From positions 28,866 to 92,865 of the forward strand of contig CAKOPZ010000002.1 of the NCBI GenBank assembly GCA_934101145.1: a stretch of 64,000 nucleotides of DNA, read 5' to 3'. The position numbers and the translations under genes were made by a program. Below are positions 36,607-47,454 of the stretch, in pieces (positions within the stretch are counted from its first letter, which is position 1; each line of letters begins with the position of its first letter). Below the pieces are notes generated by a model. The model saw only the letters and a list, made by a program, of their open reading frames with translations, had not been told where the DNA came from and searched no databases. The DNA is from an uncultured Clostridia bacterium. GTDB taxonomy: Bacteria > Bacillota > Clostridia > TANB77 > CAG-508.

Positions 36607-38637
36607 ATGGGATATAAATTAGATAAAACTTTAAAAGATAATAAAAAAAGTATAATAATAATTGCAGTACTATGGGTAATATTATCCATAGTACTTGTCG
36701 CTCCTATAAGTTATTCAATTGGAGAAGCTTCAAAATCGGGAGCTTTTGATATGTCAATTTTTATTGAATTGATTTTTTCAGAGATAACAAGCTTTACATC
36801 AATTGGAAGAGTTTTTGCACAAGGTTATGGCTCTCTTTTTGGGAAAACTTTATTATATTTTTCAGTTATTTATATATTATTTGCTTTGATTGGTTTATTT
36901 AAATCAAAGCCAAAGAGTGAATATAAAGATATTGAGCACGGTTCAAGTGACTGGAGTGAACATGGAGAGCAATACACAGTATTAAATAAAAATAAAGGTA
37001 TAATACTTGCACAGGATAATTATTTACCAGTAGATAAAAGAGGAAATGTCAATGTATTGGTAGTCGGAGGTTCTGGTTCTGGTAAATCAGCATCATACTC
37101 TATACCAAATGCATTCCAAATGCTTGGATCTTATGTGTTTACGGATCCAAAAGGAGAACTTTATGATAAAACAGCAGGATATTTGAAAAAAAATGGTTAC
37201 GAGATAAAAGTTTTAAACTTGGTAAATCCAGCTAATAGTGATGGATATAATCCTTTAATGCATATATCAAGTGAAATAGATGTAGATGTTATTGCAAATA
37301 CAATTGTAAAGGGTCAATCAGCAGAAGGCGGAAAATCAGATCCATATTGGGATGATATGGCGGAAATGCTACTTAAAGCATTAATATATTACTTAATGGC
37401 AGTTAGACCAGAGGAAGAACAAAATTTAGCAAGTTGTTCAGAACTTGTAAGAGCTGCGAATTCAAATGGTGGAAGTAATTTACTTACAGAATTAATAAAT
37501 CAGCTTCCATATGATCATCCTGCAAGAATGTATTATAAATCAATTGAGATTGCTCCAGAAAAAACTTATGGATCTATCTTGAGTTCTTTGCAATCAAAAC
37601 TTGGTAAATTTGATTCAAAGGAAATAGCAGAAGTTACATCAACAGATACAATTAACTTTGAAGAAATAGGAAGCAGAAAAACTGCTGTATATGTTATCTC
37701 ATCAGATACACATAAGGCATATGACTTTTTACTTACAATTTTCTTCTCACAGATGATACAACAATTATATGATTTCGCTGATAAAAATGGTGGAAGATTG
37801 AAAGTTCCAACATTCTTTATACTTGATGAGTTTGCGAATATTGGACAGATACCTGATTTTGATAAAAAGATTTCAACTTCAAGAAGTAGAGGCATTTCGT
37901 TTAGTGTTATATTACAAAACTTAGATCAATTAGAGGCTGTATATGAGAAATCATATGAAACAATTATGGGTAACTGTGATACGCACGTATTTTTAGGAAG
38001 CAACTCATTTAAAACAGTTGAATATTTTTCTAAGGCTCTTGGTGAAAAAACAATTACAAGGGAAAGTTTATCTGTAAATAGAGATAAACAATTCCATAGA
38101 CAGGGATATAGCGATTCGGATCAGGTAATGGCAAGAGCTCTTATGACTCCAGATGAGCTTAGAAGAATGGATAATGATTTATGTATTATTTACGAAAAAG
38201 GTATAAAACCGGTAAAAGCAAGAAAATATTATTATTTCGAAACACCAATGGCCAGAAAATTATCAGAATATTCATTAAATCATTTGGAATTTAATATAGA
38301 AAATAGAGGTAAATGGAGAAAATATAATCCATATAATCCTTATGTTGAAGATGAAAAAGAACAAAGAGCAGATTTAAAAGTAGAATCCTTAGATGATTTA
38401 TTTGAAGATGATATAGATGAAAAGAACAAAGATAATTTAAATAATGATATACAAAATAATACAAAAAAAGAACAAAGTGAAATTGAAGAAAAATTAAATC
38501 AAATTAATATACCTAATGACATACAACCATATTCAATTGGAGAGGATAGAAAAGAAGAGGATATTATGTCAGTAGATGTTCAAAAACAATTGGAAGCAAA
38601 ATTTGATGAATTATTTGGAGATTTTGATGAAGAATAA
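36607..38637 (+). CDS. Type IV secretion coupling protein, VirD4/TraG/TraD family ATPase
   Basis: 676 aa. Two N-terminal TM helices. Walker A VVGGSGSGKSAS. Walker B FFILDEFANIG. Acidic C-terminal tail (DDLFEDDIDE...FDEE). Confidence 0.8.
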   Translation: MGYKLDKTLKDNKKSIIIIAVLWVILSIVLVAPISYSIGEASKSGAFDMSIFIELIFSEITSFTSIGRVFAQGYGSLFGKTLLYFSVIYILFALIGLFKSKPKSEYKDIEHGSSDWSEHGEQYTVLNKNKGIILAQDNYLPVDKRGNVNVLVVGGSGSGKSASYSIPNAFQMLGSYVFTDPKGELYDKTAGYLKKNGYEIKVLNLVNPANSDGYNPLMHISSEIDVDVIANTIVKGQSAEGGKSDPYWDDMAEMLLKALIYYLMAVRPEEEQNLASCSELVRAANSNGGSNLLTELINQLPYDHPARMYYKSIEIAPEKTYGSILSSLQSKLGKFDSKEIAEVTSTDTINFEEIGSRKTAVYVISSDTHKAYDFLLTIFFSQMIQQLYDFADKNGGRLKVPTFFILDEFANIGQIPDFDKKISTSRSRGISFSVILQNLDQLEAVYEKSYETIMGNCDTHVFLGSNSFKTVEYFSKALGEKTITRESLSVNRDKQFHRQGYSDSDQVMARALMTPDELRRMDNDLCIIYEKGIKPVKARKYYYFETPMARKLSEYSLNHLEFNIENRGKWRKYNPYNPYVEDEKEQRADLKVESLDDLFEDDIDEKNKDNLNNDIQNNTKKEQSEIEEKLNQINIPNDIQPYSIGEDRKEEDIMSVDVQKQLEAKFDELFGDFDEE

Positions 38638-38638
38638 G

Positions 38639-38671
38639 AAAAGTGCATTGATAAAATCAATGCACTTTTTT
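38639..38671 (+). terminator. Terminator after coupling-protein gene
   Basis: Stem aaagtgcattgat / atcaatgcacttt plus T6. Confidence 0.6.
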
Positions 38672-38758
38672 AAAACAAATGTTTTGAAAAAGTATTGACT
38701 AAAAATAGAATTTAGGTATATTATTTAGAAATGTAAATAATAATTGGAGGAATTTAAT

Positions 38759-39835
38759 ATGAAATTTATACATATGGCTGATATGCATTTTGATAGCCCA
38801 TTTACTGTATTAAATACAAGAGGAAATTTGGGAGAAAAAAGAAGGTTAGAACAAAGAGAAGTATTTAAAAAGATAATCCAATATATTAAAGAAAATCAAA
38901 TTGAATATTTTTTTATTGCAGGTGATTTATATGAACATCAATATATAAGAGAATCTACAATACAATATATAAATTCGCTATTTAAAGAAATATCAAATAC
39001 AAAGATATATATTACACCTGGAAATCATGATCCTAAGATATTAAATTCATTTTATGAAAAATACAAATGGAGTGATAATGTAAAAATATTTAATAATAAT
39101 GTGGAAATTGTGGAAAATGATGACGCAGATATATATGGATGTGGATTTAATGACTTCTATTTTGAAAAATCAGAAATCGAAAATATACAAATAAAAAATA
39201 AAGATAAAATAAATATTTTAATTACACATGGAACTTTAGATGGAGGAAGCACTGCAAATTTTGAGTATAATCCTATTCATAAAAATATATTAAAACAAAT
39301 TGGGTTTGATTATGTTGCTCTTGGACATATTCACAAATTAGATTATAATACAGAACCTAATCAAAGGATTGTATATCCTGGTTCAACTATATCTCTTGGA
39401 TTTGATGAACCTGGAAAACATGGAGTAATTTTAGGAGAAATAACAAAAGAAAATATTTCTCTAGAATTTTTAAATATGGATTTAAAAGAATTTAAAGAAA
39501 TAAATATGGATATTTCAGATATTTTATCTGAGGAAGAATTAATTGAAAAAATAAATGAATTAGAATTAAGTAAAAATATTTTTTATAAAATTAATTTAAT
39601 CGGAAAAAGAAATTTTGAAATAAATATATATAATTTATATAAATTTATTTTGAATGAAAATATAATTAAATTAAAAGATAAAACACAAGTAAATATTGAT
39701 ATAAATAAAATAGCAAATGAAATTAATTTAAGAGGATTATTTTTAAATGAAATTTTAGAAGATGAAAAAAATAATATTATTTCGAGTGAGCAAGCAGAAA
39801 AAATAATTGAAATAGGATTAAATGTGTTAAAATAA
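38759..39835 (+). CDS. sbcD: SbcD/Mre11-family nuclease (YhaO-like metallophosphoesterase)
   Basis: Start MKFIHMADMHFD at 38759 (ggagg RBS). Calcineurin-like motifs GDLYEH, GNHD and GHIH. Confidence 0.8.
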   Translation: MKFIHMADMHFDSPFTVLNTRGNLGEKRRLEQREVFKKIIQYIKENQIEYFFIAGDLYEHQYIRESTIQYINSLFKEISNTKIYITPGNHDPKILNSFYEKYKWSDNVKIFNNNVEIVENDDADIYGCGFNDFYFEKSEIENIQIKNKDKINILITHGTLDGGSTANFEYNPIHKNILKQIGFDYVALGHIHKLDYNTEPNQRIVYPGSTISLGFDEPGKHGVILGEITKENISLEFLNMDLKEFKEINMDISDILSEEELIEKINELELSKNIFYKINLIGKRNFEINIYNLYKFILNENIIKLKDKTQVNIDINKIANEINLRGLFLNEILEDEKNNIISSEQAEKIIEIGLNVLK

Positions 39836-39893
39836 TTTGAAAAAAATAATAATAAAATAAAATAAAAATAATTTTTAATTAAGGAGAATAATT

Positions 39894-40133
39894 TTGAAAA
39901 TAAAAAATATTAAAATAAATAATTATGGAAATTTAGAAAATAAAAATATTAATTTAGAAAATAAAATAAATATTGTTTATGGAAAAAATGAAAGTGGAAA
40001 ATCAACTTTATTAAATTATATAAAAAATATTTTTTATGGAATTTCTAAAAATAAAAATGGAAAAGAAATATCGGATTATGAAAAATATAAGCCATGGATG
40101 AAAGAAGAATTTTCTCGGAAAATTATCATATGA
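39894..40133 (+). CDS. sbcC: SbcC/Rad50-like AAA ATPase, N-terminal fragment (Walker A) ending at a frameshift
   Basis: TTG start after aaggag RBS. Walker A GKNESGKST. Reading frame ends at TGA 40131-40133. Confidence 0.6.
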   Translation: MKIKNIKINNYGNLENKNINLENKINIVYGKNESGKSTLLNYIKNIFYGISKNKNGKEISDYEKYKPWMKEEFSRKIII

Positions 40134-41910
40134 ATTAGATAATGGAGATAATTTTGAAATAGTAAGAGATTTTAACAAGAAGAATCCAAAGGTATATAAT
40201 GGAAATTTTGAAGAAATTTCAAACCAATATAATATTGACAAAAAGGATGGGTTGCAATTTTTCTATAATCAGACTAAGGTAGATGAAATGATGTTTCTAT
40301 CCACTATAGTATCAATGCAACAAGAGGTAAAACTCGATAAACAGTCACAGCAAATTTTAGTACAAAGAATAGCAAACCTAGCGGGCACGGGGGATGACAG
40401 CACCTCATTTAAGAAGGTATTAGACAAGCTAAGCAAGAGACAGGTTGATGAGATAGGTACAGATAGAACACAAGGAAAACCAATCAATGTTACTAAAAAT
40501 AGAATGCGAGAAATAGAGTTTGTCTTAAAGGATATGAATTTACTAAAAGAAGAAAAAGAAAAAATTGAAAATAAAAAAGAATATTTACAAAATAAAAATA
40601 TTAATTTAGAGACAGAAAATAATATTATTCAAAAATTAAATAAAATTAATTTAGAAAATAATTTAAAAAAAGAAAAAATTTATTTTAATGAAAAAAATAA
40701 AAATGAATTACAAGAAAAAATTAATAAAAATAAATTAGAAAAAAATAATTTATTAAATAATAAAAAAATAATTGAAGAAAAAAATAATTTATTAAATAAT
40801 AATTTTTCAGAAAATATAAAAATAAATAAAAAAATAAAAAATAATAAAAATAAAATTAATTTATTTACTTTATTTTTTATAATATTTATTTTATTAGAAA
40901 TATTTAATTATTTTTATTTAAAAAATAATATTTTATATTTTATTAATGGAATAGTATTTATATTCTATTTTATATTAAATTTTATTTTAAATAAAATAGA
41001 AAATAATAAAATAAAAAAAGAAGAACACGAAAGAAAAATGCAAGAAAAATTAAATATGCAAATTGAAGAGGAAAAAAACAAAAATGAAATAAATATTATA
41101 AATACCAAAATTGAGAATATTGAAGAACAATTAATTGAATATAATAAAGAATTATTAAACTATATTAACGAAATAGAAAAAACACAAAAAGATATAGATA
41201 ATCAAATTGATTTTACAATAGACAATTTAAAAAGAGAATATAATAATGTAAATATTGATGAAATATTAGATAAAGTAAATTTATCAAATATTTCTAATTA
41301 TGCAGAAAGGCTGCAAAATGAATTAAATAATAATAGATTAGAATTAAATAGTATATCAATAGAAGAAAAAAATATAGCTCCAAAATTAGAAAATATGATT
41401 TCATTAAGAGAAGAATATGAAAATTTAAGAGAAAAATTAAATGATTTAGAAAATGAAAATAATTTAATTATTAAAACAAAAGAATATTTAATTAATGCAT
41501 ATGAAAAAATGAAAAATAATATTACACCTAAATTTACACGAAATTTATCTAATACCGTTGAAAAAATTTCAAATGGGAAATATACTAAAGTTTCTATAAA
41601 TGATGAAAAAGGATTAATTGTTGAGAACCAATATGGAGAGTATATTTCAGCAGAAAGATTAAGTACAGGAACAGTAGATCAATTATATTTATCACTAAGA
41701 TTATCTATGATTGATGAAATTTCTAATGAATCAATGCCAATTATTTTAGATGAGGCTTTTGCATATTATGATGAAACAAGACTTGAAAATATTCTTAAAT
41801 TTTTATCAGATGAACTTGGAAATCACCAATTAATTATTTTTACATGTACAAATAGAGAAAAAAATATACTAGATAAAATACATGTTTCATATAATTTGGT
41901 TGAATTATAA
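40102..41910 (+). CDS. sbcC: SbcC/Rad50-like AAA ATPase, remainder (coiled coil, signature motif, Walker B), open in -1 frame from 40102
   Basis: The frame is open from 40102 and continues ...FLGKLSYELDNGDNFEIVRDF. The C-terminus holds the ABC signature LSTGTVDQ, Walker B IILDEAF and the H-loop. Deleting one T from TTTT 40110-40113 fuses both parts into one ~670-aa protein. Confidence 0.65.
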   Translation, partial: KKNFLGKLSYELDNGDNFEIVRDFNKKNPKVYNGNFEEISNQYNIDKKDGLQFFYNQTKVDEMMFLSTIVSMQQEVKLDKQSQQILVQRIANLAGTGDDSTSFKKVLDKLSKRQVDEIGTDRTQGKPINVTKNRMREIEFVLKDMNLLKEEKEKIENKKEYLQNKNINLETENNIIQKLNKINLENNLKKEKIYFNEKNKNELQEKINKNKLEKNNLLNNKKIIEEKNNLLNNNFSENIKINKKIKNNKNKINLFTLFFIIFILLEIFNYFYLKNNILYFINGIVFIFYFILNFILNKIENNKIKKEEHERKMQEKLNMQIEEEKNKNEINIINTKIENIEEQLIEYNKELLNYINEIEKTQKDIDNQIDFTIDNLKREYNNVNIDEILDKVNLSNISNYAERLQNELNNNRLELNSISIEEKNIAPKLENMISLREEYENLREKLNDLENENNLIIKTKEYLINAYEKMKNNITPKFTRNLSNTVEKISNGKYTKVSINDEKGLIVENQYGEYISAERLSTGTVDQLYLSLRLSMIDEISNESMPIILDEAFAYYDETRLENILKFLSDELGNHQLIIFTCTNREKNILDKIHVSYNLVEL

Positions 41911-41967
41911 TAAAAAATAATGTATAATAATTACATTGAAAATTAAATTACATGAGGGAGATTATAT

Positions 41968-43026
41968 ATGTTTGAGAAATTAGAGGCAATTGAAAAAAAG
42001 TACGAGGAATTAACAAAGAAGATAAGTGATCCTGATGTTATTGCAAATCAAACTGAGTGGAGACAATACATGAAGGAACATGCAGAGATTGAACCAATTG
42101 TTGAAAAATACAGAGAATATAAAAAAACAAAGCAGAGTATGGATGAGGCAACAGAGATGCTTTCTGATCCAGAACTAAAAGAACTTGCAGAAGTAGAAAT
42201 GCTTGAAGCAAAGGAAAAGCTTCCACAAATTGAAGATGAAATTAAGGTTTTATTACTTCCAAAGGATAAAGATGATGATAAAAACGTAATTTGTGAAATT
42301 AGAGCAGGCGCCGGTGGAGATGAAGCCGCATTATTTGCAGGTACACTATTTAGAATGTATTCAATGTATGCAGAAAGAAAACATTGGAAATTAGAAATAT
42401 TAAATGAAAACGAAACAGAACTTGGTGGTTACAAAGAAATTTCTTTTATGATTACAGGGAAAGGTGCTTATAGTAGATTAAAATTTGAAAGTGGAGTTCA
42501 TAGAGTGCAAAGAGTTCCAGATACAGAAGCAAGTGGAAGAATTCATACATCTACTGCAACAGTTGCAGTTCTTCCCGTAGTTGAAGATGTTGAAATTGAT
42601 ATTAATCCTGCAGATATTAAAATGGAAGTATTTCGTTCTTCAGGAGCAGGTGGACAACATATTAATAAAACATCGTCTGCTGTAAGACTTATCCATGAGC
42701 CAACAGGTATTGTTGTAGAGTGTCAAACAGAGCGTTCACAATTCCAAAATAAAGATAATGCGATGAAAATGCTAAAAACAAAACTTTATGATATGGAAAA
42801 ACAAAAACAAGACAGTGAAATTACAAATGCAAGAAGATCACAAGTTGGAAGTGGAGATAGAAGTGAAAAGATACGTACTTATAATTATCCACAAGGACGT
42901 ATTACAGATCATAGAATAGGACTTTCTATATATCAAATGGATGATTTTCTAAATGGCAATTTAGATGATATGATTGATAATTTAACAGCTGCAGATCGTG
43001 CTGAAAAATTACAAGGAGAAGAATAA
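41968..43026 (+). CDS. prfA: Peptide chain release factor 1
   Basis: GGQ motif ([13 protein letters not shown]). RF1-type body ([16 protein letters not shown]). Confidence 0.9.
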   Translation: MFEKLEAIEKKYEELTKKISDPDVIANQTEWRQYMKEHAEIEPIVEKYREYKKTKQSMDEATEMLSDPELKELAEVEMLEAKEKLPQIEDEIKVLLLPKDKDDDKNVICEIRAGAGGDEAALFAGTLFRMYSMYAERKHWKLEILNENETELGGYKEISFMITGKGAYSRLKFESGVHRVQRVPDTEASGRIHTSTATVAVLPVVEDVEIDINPADIKMEVFRSSGAGGQHINKTSSAVRLIHEPTGIVVECQTERSQFQNKDNAMKMLKTKLYDMEKQKQDSEITNARRSQVGSGDRSEKIRTYNYPQGRITDHRIGLSIYQMDDFLNGNLDDMIDNLTAADRAEKLQGEE

Positions 43027-43035
43027 TTATATAAT

Positions 43036-43075
43036 AAAAACGTTGCTATAAATTAATAGCAACGTTTTTACTTTT
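43036..43075 (+). terminator. Terminator after prfA
   Basis: Stem aaaacgttgctat / atagcaacgtttt. Confidence 0.6.
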
Positions 43076-43200
43076 GCAAGAAGGATGAAAATATTTGAAT
43101 AATAATAAATAACAAACATATAAATTAATAATGTTGTTTTATAGACTACATGAGATTTTTAGAAAAAATGTGGAAAATTTTCTAAAAGGGAGGTAAATGT

Positions 43201-43948
43201 GTGGATAATTTAATTAAAACTACATTAATTGGTTTATTTTTTGGTACATTTGGTACAACTATTGGTGGAATAATTGGCGTAAGATTTAAAAATACATCGA
43301 ATAAATTTTTATCGTTTATATTGTCTTTTGCATCTGGGCTGATGAGTGCAATTGTATGTTTTGAATTAATTCCGGAGGCACTTAAAATAAATTCTGTTTT
43401 TAGTGTTATTGTAGGGATAATACTTGGAATAGTGATGATGATTTTTTGTGACATAATTGTTGATAAAAAATTTAGTAGTAAAAAAAGTACAAATAAAAAT
43501 ATAAAATCAGATTTATTAAAAACAGGCATAATAGTAAGTATAGGTCTTGCAATACATAATTTTCCGGAAGGTTTAGCAATAGGTTCTGGATTTGAAGCAT
43601 CTCTTAAATTGGGACTTTCTCTTGCGATTGCAATTTGCTTTCATGATATTCCAGAGGGAATTTCAATGGCAGTACCTATGAAAAATGGTGGAATAAAAAG
43701 TTCAAGAGTTATTTTTTATGTAATACTTTCTGGAGTAACAACAGGTATTGGAGCATTTTTTGGTGGATTAATTGGGGAAATATCAGAAGCTACAATTGCA
43801 ATTTGTCTTTCATTTGCTGCTGGTGCCATGATATACATTGTTTCACGGTGAGCTTACGCCAGAAGCTAATAATTTATATAAAGGTAGGGCAAGTGCTATA
43901 GGCAATTTGGTCGGATTTATTTTAGGCTTTTTTGCAATGAATTTATAA
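43201..43948 (+). CDS. zupT: ZIP-family metal transporter (ZupT-like), with apparent +1 frameshift near the 3' end
   Basis: GTG start after gggagg RBS. Conserved HNFPEGLAIG and HDIPEG motifs. Main ORF stops at 43851 (…IYIVSR*). The expected conserved C-terminus ELTPEANNLYKGRASAIGNLVGFILGFFAMNL is encoded in the +1 frame through 43948. Confidence 0.7.
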
Positions 43949-44150
43949 AAAAATTTAAGATTTTTGCAAGTTAAATACAGTGTACTTAAGATACTTAATT
44001 CTAATATCAAAAGTATTAACTAATGTTATATAGGGAGCAAACTAGTAGATGTTCGCTCCTTGACTATTTTTAAATATATATTATAATACTTATAAATTAA
44101 TAATTATTTGGGATTAATAATTTAAAAGATTTAATTTGGAGGTATATATT

Positions 44151-45038
44151 ATGAATGAAAAAATGTATGAAATTATGAAAAATAAAAAGGGATTTATTGC
44201 TGCACTTGATCAAAGTGGTGGTAGCAGTAGCAAAACACTAAAAAATTATGGTATTCCTGAAGATGCATATAGCACTGAAGAGGAAATGTTTAACTTAATT
44301 CATGAAATGAGAAAAAGAGTATTTACAAGTAAATCATTTACTAATGAGCATATCATAGGTGCTATTTTATTTGAAAAAACAATGATGTCTAAAGTAAATG
44401 ATGAATTTACAGCAGATTATTTATGGAATGAAAAACAAATAGTTTCTTTCTTAAAAGTTGATAAGGGTCTTGCAGAAGAAAAAGATGGAGTAAAATTAAT
44501 GAAAGATATTCCAAATCTTGATGAAGAGTTAAAAGAAGCAAATGAAAAAAATGTTTTTGGAACAAAAATGAGATCAGTTGTTTATGATGCAAATGAAAAA
44601 GGAATTAAAGAAATTGTTAAACAACAATTTGAATTTGCAAAAAGAATATGTGATGCAGGTCTTGTTCCAATTATTGAACCAGAGGTTGATATTCATGCAA
44701 GTAAAAAAGAGAGATGTGAAGAAATTTTAAAAGCTGAAATAAAAGAGCAACTTGATAAATGGAATCCTGAGGATAAAATTATGTTTAAATTTACTATTCC
44801 TTCAATTTCAAATCATTATTATGATTTATATAGTTATGACTGTGTTGTAAGAATTGTTGCATTATCTGGTGGATATGATGTAGATGAAGCTTGTGAACTT
44901 CTTTCTGAAAATAACAGGATGATTGCAAGTTTCTCAAGAGCATTGCTACAGGATTTGAATGCAAACCAAAGTCAGGAAGTTTTTGATGAAAAATTAAATT
45001 ATGTTATTACAAAAATTTATGATGCATCTATTACTTAG
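44151..45038 (+). CDS. fda: Fructose-bisphosphate aldolase class I
   Basis: Start MNEKMYEIMKNKKGFIAALDQSGGS at 44151 (ggagg RBS). Similar to Staphylococcus-type class I FBA. Confidence 0.8.
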   Translation: MNEKMYEIMKNKKGFIAALDQSGGSSSKTLKNYGIPEDAYSTEEEMFNLIHEMRKRVFTSKSFTNEHIIGAILFEKTMMSKVNDEFTADYLWNEKQIVSFLKVDKGLAEEKDGVKLMKDIPNLDEELKEANEKNVFGTKMRSVVYDANEKGIKEIVKQQFEFAKRICDAGLVPIIEPEVDIHASKKERCEEILKAEIKEQLDKWNPEDKIMFKFTIPSISNHYYDLYSYDCVVRIVALSGGYDVDEACELLSENNRMIASFSRALLQDLNANQSQEVFDEKLNYVITKIYDASIT

Positions 45039-45066
45039 AAATTAATTTTAGAGAGGGATAAAATAA

Positions 45067-47376
45067 ATGCAAAATTTAATAGAAGGACTAAACGACAAAC
45101 AAAAAGAGGCAGTACTTGAAACAGACGGTCCATGCCTTGTTATTGCAGGAGCTGGTAGTGGAAAGACAAAAGTTCTAACACATAAAATTGCATATTTAAT
45201 GACTGAAAAATATATAAAACCATGGAATATTTTAGCCATTACTTTTACCAACAAGGCTGCAAATGAAATGAAACAAAGGGTTGAAAACCTTGTTGGTGAA
45301 GCTGCAAAAGATATGTGGATAGGTACATTTCACTCTATTTGTGTTAGAATACTTAGAAAAAATATTGATAGAATTGGATTTGATAGTTCATTTTTAATAT
45401 TTGACACATCAGATCAAAAAACACTTATAAAAGAATGTATGAAAACACTAAAAATAGATGACAAATTATTTACGGATAGAGCAGTTTTATCAGAAATTAG
45501 TAATGGAAAAAATGAAATGTTAGAGCCAAAAGCATATTTAACAAAATATGCTGGGGATTATAGAAAAGAGACAATTGGTAAAATATATGAACTATATCAA
45601 AGACGTTTAAAAGAAAATAATGCAATTGATTTTGATGATATTATTAATTTTACAATTAAAATTTTGACAGATAATCCTGATGTACTTGATTATTATTCAA
45701 GTAAATTTCAATATGTTTTGGTTGATGAATACCAAGATACAAACAAGGCACAATTTACACTTGTTACAATTCTTGCATCTAGACATGGAAATATTACAGT
45801 TGTTGGAGATAATGATCAAGGTATATATTCTTTTAGAGGTGCGGATATAAGCAACATTTTGAATTTTGAAAGAGATTTTCCTGGAACAAAGATTATTAAA
45901 CTTGAGCAAAATTATCGTTGTACAGGCAATATTCTTAAAGCTGCAAATGCTGTTATAAAGCACAATGAAAATAAGTATGAGAAGAAATTGTGGACAGAAA
46001 ATGGAGAAGGAGCTCTTCCAACTATTCATAAGTCAGATGATGAATATGATGAAGGAAGATATATAGTAGAGCAAATTAATCATTTAAAAAGAGAAGAGTA
46101 TTATAAATATTCAGATTTTGTGGTACTATATAGAATGAACTCTCAATCAAGAGCTATAGAGGAAATTTTAAGAAGAGAAGATATACCATATAAAATTGTT
46201 GGAGGTCTTAAATTCTATGAAAGAAAAGAAATTAAAGATATTATTTCTTATTTAAGACTTATTTATAATCCATCTGATAATATTTCTTTGAAAAGAATTA
46301 TCAATGAACCTAAAAGGGGAATTGGCAAAACAAGTGTGGATAATGTTCAAGAAATATCTGAGAAAACAGGTATTTCTATGTTTGAAGTTATAAAAAATGC
46401 AGAAAAATTTGAACTAAATAGACTTAAAGCAAATTCTATGGAATTTGTACAATTAATAGAAGAAATGAGGAGTAAGATTGAAGAACTTCCTATTTCTGAA
46501 CTTATAAAAGAAACCTTGAAAAAAAGTGGGTACATAAAGGCTTTAGAAAATGAAGATTCTGTTGAGGCTGAAAGTAGAATTCAAAACCTGGAGGAATTTT
46601 TAACTGTTGCAATTGAATTTGAAGAACAAGAGGCAGAAAATAGTTTGGCTGATTTCTTGGAAGGAATTACTTTAAGTAGTGATCTTGATTCTATGGAGGA
46701 TGAGGACAATTCTGTAACTCTTATGACGCTACATAGTGCAAAAGGACTTGAATTTCCGGTAGTATTTTTGGTTGGAATGGAAGAAGGAATTTTCCCTGGA
46801 TATAAATCAATTGGAGAGCCACGTGAACTTGAGGAAGAAAGACGTTTGTTTTATGTTGGAATTACAAGAGCTAAAGAATATTTATATTTGACATGTGCTA
46901 AAAAAAGAACAATATTTGGATCTACCAGTTATAATGCAATTTCAAGATTTGCAAGTGAAATACCACAAGATTTACTTGACGGTTATAAGGAAACATTTGA
47001 GGATAAGGCAGATAAATTTGAAGATAGTCCATACAAATGGGAATATGGACGAGGCTCAAGCACAAAAACTTATAAACTAAATGATAATACATATAATTAT
47101 GGAAACAAAGAAGCAACTGCTAAAGGTGTACTTGGAAACAGTGCTTTTCAGTTTAAAAGTGCAGAAGGCTTTTTAAATAGTCTAAACAAAAAAGCTAGCC
47201 AGGGTACTGATATTTCTAAATATGAAGTTGGACAAAGAGTTTATCACAAAAGATTTGGAGAAGGTACAATTGTAAAAATTGAACCTGAAGAGGAAGATTC
47301 TAAAATTGAAATTAAATTTGATAAAGCTGGAACTAAAAGATTAATGGCAAAATTTGCAGGGCTTGAAATTATATAA
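45067..47376 (+). CDS. pcrA: ATP-dependent DNA helicase PcrA (UvrD family)
   Basis: 769 aa. Motifs AGAGSGKT and DEYQDTN, and a C-terminal Tudor-like extension. Confidence 0.92.
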   Translation: MQNLIEGLNDKQKEAVLETDGPCLVIAGAGSGKTKVLTHKIAYLMTEKYIKPWNILAITFTNKAANEMKQRVENLVGEAAKDMWIGTFHSICVRILRKNIDRIGFDSSFLIFDTSDQKTLIKECMKTLKIDDKLFTDRAVLSEISNGKNEMLEPKAYLTKYAGDYRKETIGKIYELYQRRLKENNAIDFDDIINFTIKILTDNPDVLDYYSSKFQYVLVDEYQDTNKAQFTLVTILASRHGNITVVGDNDQGIYSFRGADISNILNFERDFPGTKIIKLEQNYRCTGNILKAANAVIKHNENKYEKKLWTENGEGALPTIHKSDDEYDEGRYIVEQINHLKREEYYKYSDFVVLYRMNSQSRAIEEILRREDIPYKIVGGLKFYERKEIKDIISYLRLIYNPSDNISLKRIINEPKRGIGKTSVDNVQEISEKTGISMFEVIKNAEKFELNRLKANSMEFVQLIEEMRSKIEELPISELIKETLKKSGYIKALENEDSVEAESRIQNLEEFLTVAIEFEEQEAENSLADFLEGITLSSDLDSMEDEDNSVTLMTLHSAKGLEFPVVFLVGMEEGIFPGYKSIGEPRELEEERRLFYVGITRAKEYLYLTCAKKRTIFGSTSYNAISRFASEIPQDLLDGYKETFEDKADKFEDSPYKWEYGRGSSTKTYKLNDNTYNYGNKEATAKGVLGNSAFQFKSAEGFLNSLNKKASQGTDISKYEVGQRVYHKRFGEGTIVKIEPEEEDSKIEIKFDKAGTKRLMAKFAGLEII

Positions 47377-47454
47377 TTAAATATGTTTGCTTCTTAAATT
47401 TATTGTATATTTAAGTGAAAAACGTCCATACTAAAAAAGAAAAGGAGGCAAACA

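Noticed and set aside
40252-40254. TTG at 40252 as an independent start of a separate 552-aa gene
   Set aside because: The frame is open upstream to 40102 and encodes the conserved continuation of the SbcC N-domain. The split is a frameshift, not two genes.
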